NCBI GenBank assembly: GCA_041736465.1
Contig: JBGSTO010000706.1
Span: 6,588-70,587 of the forward strand
Reading direction: 5' to 3'
Length of the DNA stretch: 64,000 bases
Source of the DNA: Anaerolineales bacterium
GTDB lineage: Bacteria > Chloroflexota > Anaerolineae > Anaerolineales > UBA4823
Shown here: positions 43,066 to 52,005 of the stretch, one piece after another
Layout: every line of letters begins with the position of its first letter
Position numbering within the stretch: the first letter of the stretch is position 1
Notes under the pieces: generated by a model
What the model was told of the DNA's origin: nothing
Database searches by the model: none
The model's input: the letters and a program-made list of their open reading frames with translations, nothing else
Made by a program: the position numbers and the translations under genes

Positions 43066-44322
43066 ATGCGAAAATTTTCCTGGTTAAGAATTGTGCTGGT
43101 TTTCGCCGGGTTGGCCCTGCTGGCTGCCCTGGTTTACCAGCTTCCGGCGGTGCAGCAGCGTTTGGGTTGGCGCGTGGATTTCGCCATGGCATACGTGCGC
43201 GGCGTCATCTCGCCGGTTGGCGAGCTGCCTACCCCTTTGCCGCCGCCTGCCGTTAAAGTTACAGCACGTCCATCGCCTACCCCCACAGCCTCACCCACGC
43301 CAGAGGCGACGAGCTCGCCGACGCCTGGCGCAACGCCTACGCCCACGCTTACCCCCACGCCAATCCCGGCGGCGATATCGCTCACACCCCCCAAGTGGGA
43401 AAAGCAGGATGCCAATGCCTGCGGCCCTACCACCCTGGCCCTGGGACTGCGCTATTGGGGTTGGGAGGGCGACCAGTTCACCATCTCCGAGCTGCTGAAG
43501 CCGAAGCGCGAAGATCGCAACGTCAACGTGGAAGAGCTGATCTACTACACCCGCACCCGCGCCGGCTGGCTGCATGCCGAGTACCGGGTGGGCGGCGATC
43601 TGGAGACGCTGAAGCGCTTGATCGCCGCGGGCATTCCCGTAATCGTTGAAGAGGCTTTTCTGCTCGAAACCACCTACTGGCCTAACGATGACCGCTGGGC
43701 AGCGCATTACAACTTGCTGACCGGCTACGATGACGTTGCCGGCGTGTTCACCGGGCAGGATACCTACATCGGCGCCGACCAGCGCCTGCCATACGCCAGG
43801 CTGGATCGCGACTGGCAGGCATTCAACCGGGTGTACATCCTGGTTTACCCGCCGGAAAAAGAAGAGCTGGTAAAGTCGATTCTGGGTCCCAATTGGGATG
43901 TGGACTACAACCGGCAGCAGGCGCTGCAAACGGCGCAGGCAGAGGCAGAAACCGACCCGCAGAATGCCTTTACCTGGTTCAACCAGGGCACGAACCTGGT
44001 GTACTTCGAGCGCTATGGCGAAGCCGCCGCCGCATTCGACCGGGCGCGCCAGATTGGGCTGCCGCAGCGTATGCTGCGCTACCAGTTCACCCCCTTCTTC
44101 GCCTATTTCCATTCTCGCCGTATGGAGGACCTGCAGGCGCTGGTGGATTATTCGCTGCGCATTACCAAGAACAGCGAGGAAGCGCTGCTGTGGCGCGGCT
44201 GGTATAAGTACCGGGAGGGGGATACATTGGGAGCGGTAGAGGATTTCCGCCAGGCTCTGCTCGAGAATCCCAATTACGAGGATGCCAAGCTGGCAATTGC
44301 GTTCGTGACCAACCGGCAGTGA
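43066..44322 (+). CDS. Membrane-anchored C39-like cysteine peptidase domain protein with C-terminal TPR repeats
   Basis: An N-terminal TM helix, a Pro/Thr/Ser linker, QDANACGPTTLALGLRYWGW (the papain-like Cys context of Peptidase_C39_2-type domains), then TPR-like repeats (AFTWFNQGTNLVYFERYGEAAAAFDRA...). Confidence 0.65.
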   Translation: MRKFSWLRIVLVFAGLALLAALVYQLPAVQQRLGWRVDFAMAYVRGVISPVGELPTPLPPPAVKVTARPSPTPTASPTPEATSSPTPGATPTPTLTPTPIPAAISLTPPKWEKQDANACGPTTLALGLRYWGWEGDQFTISELLKPKREDRNVNVEELIYYTRTRAGWLHAEYRVGGDLETLKRLIAAGIPVIVEEAFLLETTYWPNDDRWAAHYNLLTGYDDVAGVFTGQDTYIGADQRLPYARLDRDWQAFNRVYILVYPPEKEELVKSILGPNWDVDYNRQQALQTAQAEAETDPQNAFTWFNQGTNLVYFERYGEAAAAFDRARQIGLPQRMLRYQFTPFFAYFHSRRMEDLQALVDYSLRITKNSEEALLWRGWYKYREGDTLGAVEDFRQALLENPNYEDAKLAIAFVTNRQ

Positions 44323-44337
44323 TCTGGCTGTACCGGA

Positions 44338-44739
44338 TCAATCAGGTGCCTGCCGGCTGCCCGTAATTTTTGCGCCGATCAGGCGCCAGATCAGCAGCCC
44401 CAATATTCCCCCAGCCAGGTCTATCCCCAGGTCGAATAAAACCCCGGGCAGCCAGAAAATTTGCTGGCTTAAGGTCTGCAGGGCTTCCTGCAAAATGCCT
44501 ACGCCGAGCGCCGCCAGCAGCACGCCGGCAGCCCTTGCCGGGGAAAGCGCGATGCGATAGTTCCAGGAAAGCAGCAGCGTAAAACCGGCGAACAGGATGA
44601 TGTGCACCAGCACATGTATCCAGTCCGGGTAGAAGATGGCGTCGAACTGGCGGCGAAAAGCAGGCCAAAATTGGCGGAACATGGCCACCGGGAAGAGGAT
44701 GGCAAACAGCCACACCACAAGCATCCAACGCAGGCGCAT
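44338..44739 (-). CDS. Small polytopic membrane protein (VanZ-like?)
   Basis: 133 aa with four hydrophobic helices. It lies 64 nt downstream of the 1427-aa gene on the same strand. The family assignment is weak. Confidence 0.4.
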   Translation of the reverse strand: MRLRWMLVVWLFAILFPVAMFRQFWPAFRRQFDAIFYPDWIHVLVHIILFAGFTLLLSWNYRIALSPARAAGVLLAALGVGILQEALQTLSQQIFWLPGVLFDLGIDLAGGILGLLIWRLIGAKITGSRQAPD

Positions 44740-44803
44740 GCTCCCGATGATAACATACCAGCCGCCGCGAACGCGGCGGCTGGCTCACTCACTCGTACAG
44801 GGA

Positions 44804-47800
44804 TCAGCGGTAGATCAAGCGGTACAGGCTATTGATGAACAGCTTTTGCCCGGTTTCATTCATGATGCTCGGATTGCCATTGAAGCCCCACAGCATGTAG
44901 ATGCGGTTCTCCATCAGCAGATTGGCGTATGTGCTGTCAGCGTCATTCAGGCCAAAGATCTCCACGCCGGAAGGTTCGGCTCCCACGTAGATATCCACCC
45001 GGGGGTTGAGCGTGCGGTACAGCACCAGCGGATCTTTGGGCAATGGGATGAGGAAATACGGCTGACTCCAGATCAAGTCGCCGCCGTCCAACCAACTGAT
45101 GGCGGTTCCGGCGCCGTGTGCGCCCTGGGGATAGCCGATTTGCAGCTTAATCTGTCCGAAAAAGGCGTAGCCGCCTTCTCCTATGCCAAGCACGCCCCGC
45201 TGGCTGTTCACCACTGCGCTGACCGCCTCCGGTGTGCCCCAGCTGCTCAGGGATCCCGTGTCCGGGCCGATTACGATCACATCATAAGGGAAGAACGACG
45301 TTTTCTCGACCTCACCCATATGCACCGTATCCACCAGCATGCCGGCCTGCGAAATCAGCTTCTCGAAAGCCAGGCGGCTGTCCAGATCGGTCTTCCAGAT
45401 GTAAGCTGCCCGGCGCAGCACGTTGAATCCGGTGCTGGCGTAGCGCAGGAAGGTCTCGCCGCTGTTATTTACCCCTGAAGCAACTACCTTCACCATGTAG
45501 CTTCCGGGTACCGATACGCTGTACAGGGTATCGGCATACCAGCCGTCTCCAGCTTTGCCATCCCCATGGGCGCCGTCGTCGTACAGGCGCATGATCAGGC
45601 TGCCATTGACGCTCTCCTCGCCCGGCACGACGCCCGTCCCCGCCACCAGGGCGAATACATCTGCCCCGGGAATCGGTTTGTAGTCGCTCAGCACACCGTA
45701 GATTGGCACTGGCGTGCCTACCACGCGCTCATCTGGATCGCCTCCCACAGCAGCGATGAGCGTGGTGTTCGAGCGCCCGGACAGCGTGAAATGGTATTCC
45801 AGGCTGGGCTTGAGCATACTGATCGCCACCTGCCAGGTGCCTGCTTTCGGGTTAAGCACCCGCAGTTGGTGGTGGGTATCGCTGCGGTATTCAGCATCCG
45901 GCTTGACCGCCGCCCCGCCTGGATCTATCAGCCTCAGGGTGAGGTAGCCCGCCGGGTCATTCCAGTTGATGGCGAAGACGGCTTCCGGCACGCCATCCGG
46001 CACTGCCACCTGCAGCACGGTGGGTTCTTGAGCTGGCCCTTGCAGCGCTGCCAGGCGCTGGTAACCGTGGGTCAATTCACCAACCGAGAGATAAGCATCT
46101 GCCAGGCGGTTGGGCAGCGTATCGGGCATGTCCAGGGGCGGGCCAGCTTCGGGCAGGCCGCCCAGGCTGGCGACCGGAGCGATCACGTCCACGAAGAAAT
46201 AGTTGCCGTGGCGCGCCCCGGCAATGCTCTGCAGCAGGGCTGTGTCGGCGTCCTCGCCTAAAGCCACGGTGTGGATCACCACATCGGTGACGGTGGGGGC
46301 AATGTCAGCCCAGTAAGGGGGCACGTTTTCCCAGCCATCGCTGAGCAGCACCAGGGACCAATCGTGATCGGGGATGCCGCTGCCAGTCAGCAGGCTGTGG
46401 CCTGTCTGCACCCCTTGCCCCAATGCAGTTGACCCGCCGGCAGACAGCCCATCGATGGCAGCAATGGCATCCTGGCGGGTGGTTGTATCGGGAGCGATTT
46501 CAGTCAGACCGAAGTCGGTGCTGGCGCTGTTGGCAAAGCTGGTGACTCCGACATAATCGCCGTCGCTCAAGAAGTCGACAAAGGCGCTGGCGGCATTTTG
46601 GGCGGCGCCGATCTTGTCATCCGACAGCATGCTGCCGGAGCGATCCAGTACAATGACCTCGTCTTTGGGCGTCTTGGGCAGGTAATAAACCGCGCTCATC
46701 TCCAGGTCGCTGCCGGATCCGCTTAATTCTACCTGCAGGTCGTAGTAATCGGCGCTGGATTGAGCTGGCGGATTGACGACCAGGAAGGTGGTGTCGCTGG
46801 CGGTGTACAGGGAAAGCACATCGCCGCTGTTGGCGCCCACCTGCACGCTGAAATCTCCCGGCGCCAGGGAAAGTGTCCATCCGGCGGGTGCAGCCGTGCT
46901 GACCTGCACCAGGATTTTGTCCGGAGAGCTATGCTCGCCGGCGTTCTCCGGTACGGTCTTGAGCGGGTAAAGGATGTCGAACACCGGCACACAAGCCTGC
47001 TGGCTGCTGGCATTCAGGTTGTCTGTCTCACCCAGCCCCGCTTCGAAGATGCCATTATAGTTGGTGTCTTCGCAGCCCTCGGGTGAACCGTCGTTGTCGT
47101 TGTCGAAATCCAGCTCTTTGCGCAGCCCGTCGCCATCCCAATCGGAGCCGCGGTGATTGTAATTGCCGGCCGCGTCGAAGACATACTCGCGCATGTCCTG
47201 TTTGTCCAGCACCCAGTCGTTATCGCTGTCGCTGTCGTAAACGCCGGTGAAGAAGCGCCTGGCCTCATCGAAATCCATGATACCATCGCCGTCGCTGTCG
47301 GTCGATACGCTGGCTTCGTCATGGCGGGAAGTGCCGCTGGCAGGGCCAACCCAGTAGCCGTCGATCGTTTGTGTGTCGTAATCCTGCCAGCGCTCCAGAT
47401 CGGGCGGCTGGTCAGGATCGAGCACGTGCAGGAACTGGTCGCCAGAATCGGTCTGGCGGTAGCCATCGATCACCATCATGTGCCCCGGTCTGCGGAACAT
47501 GATCGGGCGGTCAGCGTCGATCCAGATGATGATATCGGCAAAGGCGGGCTTGCCGCCGAGGGTCGAATAAGTGCCCAGGTTGAGCGCCCAGGCAAAGATC
47601 TCATCCTCCTCACCCGGATACCACATGCCGCGGTTGTAGCCCAGGTCATTGTCGGGATTGGAGTCATTTGATCCGGGGTTGGTGTTGCCGGTCCATTCCT
47701 CGAGGATGTAATAGCTCAGGCGGTCCATGCTGAGCACATCTCCCGGTGAGGTGTTGTACCAGCTTGCCACCATGCGGGCGGAGGCGCGCACACAGTACAT

Positions 47801-49087
47801 ATTGCCGTGCACGAACTTGGTGTAATCGGCGCACGGCGGGTTGACGCAGGGGGCGGGCGAGTCCCAGGCGTCCTCGGGCGTATCGGTAGCAGAGTTGCCC
47901 TCTGGAGCGCCATCCAGACCCAGCAGGTAGCTGTCTTTGTTTTGGCGGAGTTTGGCGATGCCCAGCACCTTCTCCAGGTCGGCTTCTCCGTAAAATGCAG
48001 AGCTGACCGCCTCGATGGTGAACGGTCCGATCCACCCCGCTGGAAAACCGGCGTATTCTGGGTTGATGCGCCAGTAGTAGACGCCCGCCGCCAGGCTGGG
48101 TGAAGGTTTAAAATAGGTGCTGGTCAGGAACTGGTCGAACAGAGGTGTGGCAAAATCGGCGGCGTCATCAAGCTGGAAGCGATAGCGGCTCGCTCCTGCT
48201 GAAGCCCTCCAGCTCAGTGACAGGGTGCTGGTTTCGACGCGCGCGCCGCTCTCGGGTGTGATGTAGGTAGAAGGCTGGACGGGATTGGGTGTGCCAGGGG
48301 TCAGGTGGCTGGCGGGGTAGTTGGCCCACACCTGTAAGCCGAACCCCGGCGCTCCGGGGTAGCGCCCCAGCGACTCATTCGGCTCGAGAATATCGCTCTC
48401 GCTGATGTCGCCGAGCCCGTTCTCAAAACTGGCAGCCTGTCCGGATCCCCACAGCCCGGCGCTGACTGCATTAGCCCCGGCAGAATCTGAGAAGCCTCCC
48501 CAGGCAAGGAAATCGGCGATGTGCGCCGGATCCAGCCCGCCGCTGCGGTAAAGAGCTGTCTGCCCGGCTGCATCGGGAAAGATATCGGTCATGCCGGCAG
48601 GGGTGTGCAGGTGGATGACGCCGTCCGAAGGATCGTATTCGTCTGCCCCGGCGCCGGCGCCGTCAAAGTGGATCAATAGAAAAGTACCCTTCGGCACGGC
48701 AGTCAGTGCGGCTGGCAGGGTGTAAACTTGCCCAAGCTCATTGGTGACTTTCCAGCCTGCCATATTGAGCGTTGGCAGGGCACCTGGTGCGAGCGGCTGC
48801 TCAGCCGCCGGGGCGGACTGGCTGCTGCTTGCGGCCCGCACCACCACCGGCAGGTACAGGTGCTGCATCTGCTGGTCGACGTACAGCTCTACCCAGGCGT
48901 AGCCATCGACAGAGGGCTTGGGCATGACCTCGTTCAGCACAGCGAACAGCTCTCCCACGCTGAATTGGGCTGCTTCTACCCGCACGGGTACGGCTGTTTG
49001 CCGGGCAGCCTCTCCGCTGCCAGAGAACAGCAAGATCACCCCCAGGCAGAAGCCCAGGAGTACGTGCTTGATCCATTGGATTTTCAT
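44804..49087 (-). CDS. 1427-aa secreted multidomain protein with lamin-tail-like, FN3-like, papain/C39-like peptidase, TSP3-type Ca-binding repeat and vWA domains plus an unknown C-terminal domain
   Basis: Signal peptide MKIQWIKHVLLGFCLGVILLFSGSGEA. LTD-like LNEVMPKPSVDGYAWVELYV. Cys/His/Asp peptidase contexts MYCVRASARMV, GHMMVIDGY and HVLDPD. Asp-rich repeats DSDGDGIMDFDE, DSDSDNDWVLD and DWDGDGLRKELDFDNDNDG. vWA MIDAS VIVLDRSGSM ... GGSTALG ... LLSDGWEN. Confidence 0.8.
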   Translation of the reverse strand: MKIQWIKHVLLGFCLGVILLFSGSGEAARQTAVPVRVEAAQFSVGELFAVLNEVMPKPSVDGYAWVELYVDQQMQHLYLPVVVRAASSSQSAPAAEQPLAPGALPTLNMAGWKVTNELGQVYTLPAALTAVPKGTFLLIHFDGAGAGADEYDPSDGVIHLHTPAGMTDIFPDAAGQTALYRSGGLDPAHIADFLAWGGFSDSAGANAVSAGLWGSGQAASFENGLGDISESDILEPNESLGRYPGAPGFGLQVWANYPASHLTPGTPNPVQPSTYITPESGARVETSTLSLSWRASAGASRYRFQLDDAADFATPLFDQFLTSTYFKPSPSLAAGVYYWRINPEYAGFPAGWIGPFTIEAVSSAFYGEADLEKVLGIAKLRQNKDSYLLGLDGAPEGNSATDTPEDAWDSPAPCVNPPCADYTKFVHGNMYCVRASARMVASWYNTSPGDVLSMDRLSYYILEEWTGNTNPGSNDSNPDNDLGYNRGMWYPGEEDEIFAWALNLGTYSTLGGKPAFADIIIWIDADRPIMFRRPGHMMVIDGYRQTDSGDQFLHVLDPDQPPDLERWQDYDTQTIDGYWVGPASGTSRHDEASVSTDSDGDGIMDFDEARRFFTGVYDSDSDNDWVLDKQDMREYVFDAAGNYNHRGSDWDGDGLRKELDFDNDNDGSPEGCEDTNYNGIFEAGLGETDNLNASSQQACVPVFDILYPLKTVPENAGEHSSPDKILVQVSTAAPAGWTLSLAPGDFSVQVGANSGDVLSLYTASDTTFLVVNPPAQSSADYYDLQVELSGSGSDLEMSAVYYLPKTPKDEVIVLDRSGSMLSDDKIGAAQNAASAFVDFLSDGDYVGVTSFANSASTDFGLTEIAPDTTTRQDAIAAIDGLSAGGSTALGQGVQTGHSLLTGSGIPDHDWSLVLLSDGWENVPPYWADIAPTVTDVVIHTVALGEDADTALLQSIAGARHGNYFFVDVIAPVASLGGLPEAGPPLDMPDTLPNRLADAYLSVGELTHGYQRLAALQGPAQEPTVLQVAVPDGVPEAVFAINWNDPAGYLTLRLIDPGGAAVKPDAEYRSDTHHQLRVLNPKAGTWQVAISMLKPSLEYHFTLSGRSNTTLIAAVGGDPDERVVGTPVPIYGVLSDYKPIPGADVFALVAGTGVVPGEESVNGSLIMRLYDDGAHGDGKAGDGWYADTLYSVSVPGSYMVKVVASGVNNSGETFLRYASTGFNVLRRAAYIWKTDLDSRLAFEKLISQAGMLVDTVHMGEVEKTSFFPYDVIVIGPDTGSLSSWGTPEAVSAVVNSQRGVLGIGEGGYAFFGQIKLQIGYPQGAHGAGTAISWLDGGDLIWSQPYFLIPLPKDPLVLYRTLNPRVDIYVGAEPSGVEIFGLNDADSTYANLLMENRIYMLWGFNGNPSIMNETGQKLFINSLYRLIYR

Positions 49088-49428
49088 CGCCCACTCCTTT
49101 ACTTAGGTGACAGGCGCATGCAAAGGCCGCCTGCCTGAGTTTTACGCCCTGCCCCTAATTGGGCAGCTGAGGCGCTTTAATGGTCATATTGGCGGTTGGA
49201 TATCGCTATACGATTGCAGCAGACGCACCGGCTAAATTACCAACATTTAGAAATGCGTTTAATCAATCACATCCCCCATGTAAGAGTGAAACAGTTCTAC
49301 TTATGATTATATAGAAAGATTCGAAGGAATCAATGATCTGTTTCGCCTATTACTGCTTAAAAAAACAGGGCCTGCAGATGGCAGTTCGATCGCCATTCGC
49401 AGACCCTCGCTTGGAGAGCGGTTTCGGG

Positions 49429-50832
49429 CTAATGCGTACCAGAGCCGCGCGCCAGACCGGCTGGCAGCGCTTCTTCCTTTCCGGGTTTGATATAAATCAG
49501 GCTGATCACCAGCAGAACTGCCATGAGCAGACCCCCTAGCAGGAACGGCGCGGTGGAGCCCAGCCCCTGGAAGATTGCCCCGCCGATCAACGGAGCGATG
49601 GCATTGGCGCCACTCAAGAATGCGGCGGAGATACCCAGCATGCCGCCTACCTCGCTGCGACCGATGCGCTTGGTAATCAGGCTGTTGATGCTGGGCTGCA
49701 GGACGCCGCCGCCGATGGCTGCCGGGATCATGGCGACCAGTATCCATGCCAGCCCCAGCCAACCTTTTTCATCATCGGGCGGCAGTTCCACCGCCAGGTT
49801 TTGGGTGGTTGGGTTTTCGTGCGTGCGGAAATCGCCGCTGGCGTTCAGCTCTGCTTCCAGTGCGGCGCGCGAATAGGATGGCAGCGGCTGGCGCGGCGTG
49901 AGCGCGGCCATGCTCAGCCCAATTGTCAGGGCTGCCAGACCGGTGTAAATCAACCGACGGTCGCCAAACCTGCGGCTCCAGGGGCCGATAAAGCCGCCCT
50001 GCACGGCAACCACCAAGATCCCCACGAACACAAAAATGATGGCGTTGCCGGAAGCGTTCATCCCCATGCGGTTGAGGGTGAACAGCGCCAGCAGCTGCTC
50101 GAAGCCGCCGAACGCGACCTGTTGGGAGAACATCAGCACCAGCAGTAAACCTACTGCAGGATGGCGCAGCGCCTGAAGCATGGCGTCGATAGAAAAGGCC
50201 TTCCGGCTGCTGGCGCCACGCTGCTCGGCAGGCAGCGACTCTTCCAGCCAAAACCAGGTAAGCAGCACCGAAAGCAGGGAAAAGCCGGCGGCTACGAATG
50301 CCGGTACGCGGTAATCGTTGCCGCTCAATGCCAGCGAAAGGAAGGCAATCACCGGACCGACGACGAAGCCCAGGCCAAATGCAGCGCCCACCAGGCCCAG
50401 GCCCTGGGTGCGGGTCTTCTCGGAGGTATTGTCGGTGATGACTGCTTGCGCGGTGGAGATATTCGCGCCAGAAATGCCGTCGATGATGCGCGCCGCAAAC
50501 AGCAGCCACAATGAATTGGCAAAACCCAGCAGGAGAAAGCCCAGGAAAGTGCCGATCTGGCTGATCACCAGCACCGGTTTGCGCCCGTAGCGGTCTGAAA
50601 GGCGACCCAGCAGCGGCGCGCCGATGAACTGCATCACCGGGTAAGCTGCCCCTAACAGCCCGATCGTTATGGCATTGGCTCCGAAAGATGTCGCATACAG
50701 CGGCATCAAGGGGATGATGATCGTCAGGCCTAACAGGTCTACCAGTATGATCACAAATACCGGCAGAATTTTTTTGAAATCCAGGCGCTCCTCGGATGGG
50801 GAGGCAATGTTAGATTGTGTAGGATTTGACAT
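49429..50832 (-). CDS. MFS transporter (drug:H+ antiporter-like) with a long central loop insertion
   Basis: 467 aa. The MFS motif A is GRLSDRYGRKPVL, with about 12 TM helices. The insertion reads PRQPLPSYSRAALEAELNASGDFRTHENPTTQNLAVELPPDDEKG. Confidence 0.85.
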   Translation of the reverse strand: MSNPTQSNIASPSEERLDFKKILPVFVIILVDLLGLTIIIPLMPLYATSFGANAITIGLLGAAYPVMQFIGAPLLGRLSDRYGRKPVLVISQIGTFLGFLLLGFANSLWLLFAARIIDGISGANISTAQAVITDNTSEKTRTQGLGLVGAAFGLGFVVGPVIAFLSLALSGNDYRVPAFVAAGFSLLSVLLTWFWLEESLPAEQRGASSRKAFSIDAMLQALRHPAVGLLLVLMFSQQVAFGGFEQLLALFTLNRMGMNASGNAIIFVFVGILVVAVQGGFIGPWSRRFGDRRLIYTGLAALTIGLSMAALTPRQPLPSYSRAALEAELNASGDFRTHENPTTQNLAVELPPDDEKGWLGLAWILVAMIPAAIGGGVLQPSINSLITKRIGRSEVGGMLGISAAFLSGANAIAPLIGGAIFQGLGSTAPFLLGGLLMAVLLVISLIYIKPGKEEALPAGLARGSGTH

Positions 50833-50849
50833 GCGAATCAGTGTTAAAT

Positions 50850-50863
50850 AGTCAATATTGACT
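50850..50863. promoter_or_regulatory. Perfect 14-bp palindrome AGTCAATATTGACT (candidate repressor operator)
   Basis: It lies between the predicted -10 (50874-50879) and the MFS start codon (50832), overlapping the expected early transcribed region. Confidence 0.45.
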
Positions 50864-50873
50864 GCGGGGCGGG

Positions 50874-50902
50874 ATTATACTGCCCCGAAAGATGCCTGTC
50901 AA
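50874..50902 (-). promoter_or_regulatory. Consensus sigma-70 promoter for the MFS gene
   Basis: On the minus strand: TTGACA (50902-50897, overlapping the patatin stop codon), a 17-nt spacer, then TATAAT (50879-50874). Confidence 0.6.
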
Positions 50903-51828
50903 GCTGGCCCGCTGCCCAGGCGTTTCATGCCTCCCAATATTTCGCGGGCGCGATCCACGCCTGCCTGCAGCGAGCGCTGGATAGCTGCCTGTGAAAAGTC
51001 CAGCGTATCCCCTAACGCTTCCTGGGGCGAGATGATCTTGCATTCGTAATACTTGTACGGGCGACCGGAGGGGTGATAAAGGGTCACCCCCTGCGCCTCT
51101 GCCTGTTTCACCAGGTGGTTGATGCGCAGGAATTCGCGCACATCGCTGGCGAACAGCTCGTCCAGCAGGATATCCAGGGTGCGCAGACCAATTTTGGCGA
51201 TGTCTTTAGGGGAGACAGGCAGTGCGCTGAACTGCTCAGGATTGCAGTTGATGATCACGATCTCACTGGGACCGGCATCCAGCACATCGCCGATAGGGCT
51301 GATATTGCGCACACCGCCATCCACCATGCTCAGGTGCTGTTCGGAGATATCCACCGGTTCCCAGATGATGGGCATCACTGTGGAAGCCAGGATGGCTTTT
51401 TCCAGGTTGGGATCGTGGGCGCGAAATTCAACGTACTCGCCGCTGACCAGCGATACCGTCCCCACCCGCAGATCGGCGCGGATGCGCTGCGGTTCGAACT
51501 CCTGGTGCAGCAGGCGCTGCAGGGGCTGGTTGCCGTAGAAGGATTTTGCGCCGAGCAGCAGCCGGATCACGGAGATCAAATTGAAACCGCCGGTGTAGAC
51601 CTGGTCGTTGGTTATCGTGTTCCAGATCTCCATCAGGCGGGCATACTTTTCCATCGCCAGCATGGCGCCGTTCAGGGCGCCGACCGAGACGCCGGCGATG
51701 ATATCCCAGCGGTAGCCCTTGACTTCGCGGGCATAGCGTTCTGCCCCTGCCTGAAAGGCGCCTTTAGCGCCGCCGCCGCTGAGCACAAGTGCAGTCTTTT
51801 TCACAACAGCTCCTCCATCCGCTGGCAA
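50899..51828 (-). CDS. Patatin-like phospholipase
   Basis: LVLSGGGAKGAFQAGA (oxyanion GGGxKG), GVSVGALNG (GxSxG nucleophile) and a downstream DGG catalytic Asp context (MVDGGVRN). Confidence 0.85.
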   Translation of the reverse strand: MPADGGAVVKKTALVLSGGGAKGAFQAGAERYAREVKGYRWDIIAGVSVGALNGAMLAMEKYARLMEIWNTITNDQVYTGGFNLISVIRLLLGAKSFYGNQPLQRLLHQEFEPQRIRADLRVGTVSLVSGEYVEFRAHDPNLEKAILASTVMPIIWEPVDISEQHLSMVDGGVRNISPIGDVLDAGPSEIVIINCNPEQFSALPVSPKDIAKIGLRTLDILLDELFASDVREFLRINHLVKQAEAQGVTLYHPSGRPYKYYECKIISPQEALGDTLDFSQAAIQRSLQAGVDRAREILGGMKRLGSGPA

Positions 51829-52005
51829 ACTTCAAAACAGCCCTGCGGCAGGACTGCCCTCAGACCTGGTCGATTGCCCGACCAGACAGTGAGGCTGGTC
51901 GGGCAACACTTGTGCCGGCATCCATGCCCACCAGTCTGCTGGCAGGTTCATACCGCAGGGCTGTTTGCAGTTAATGCAAGAGCCGTGCCGCCTGCGTGCT
52001 GCTCG

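Noticed and set aside
44636-45478. A 280-aa plus-strand ORF, and many other plus-strand ORFs between 45.5 and 49.1 kb
   Set aside because: All are antisense to the 1427-aa gene, whose domain motifs (vWA MIDAS, Asp-rich Ca repeats, Cys/His peptidase, signal peptide) are continuous in one frame.
50899-51828. Reading the patatin-like phospholipase as a CBASS/defence effector
   Set aside because: There is no adjacent cyclase/nucleotidyltransferase, E1/E2/JAB gene or other defence gene. Its neighbours are an MFS transporter and a penicillin-acylase-like enzyme. A stand-alone patatin is common housekeeping or lipid metabolism.
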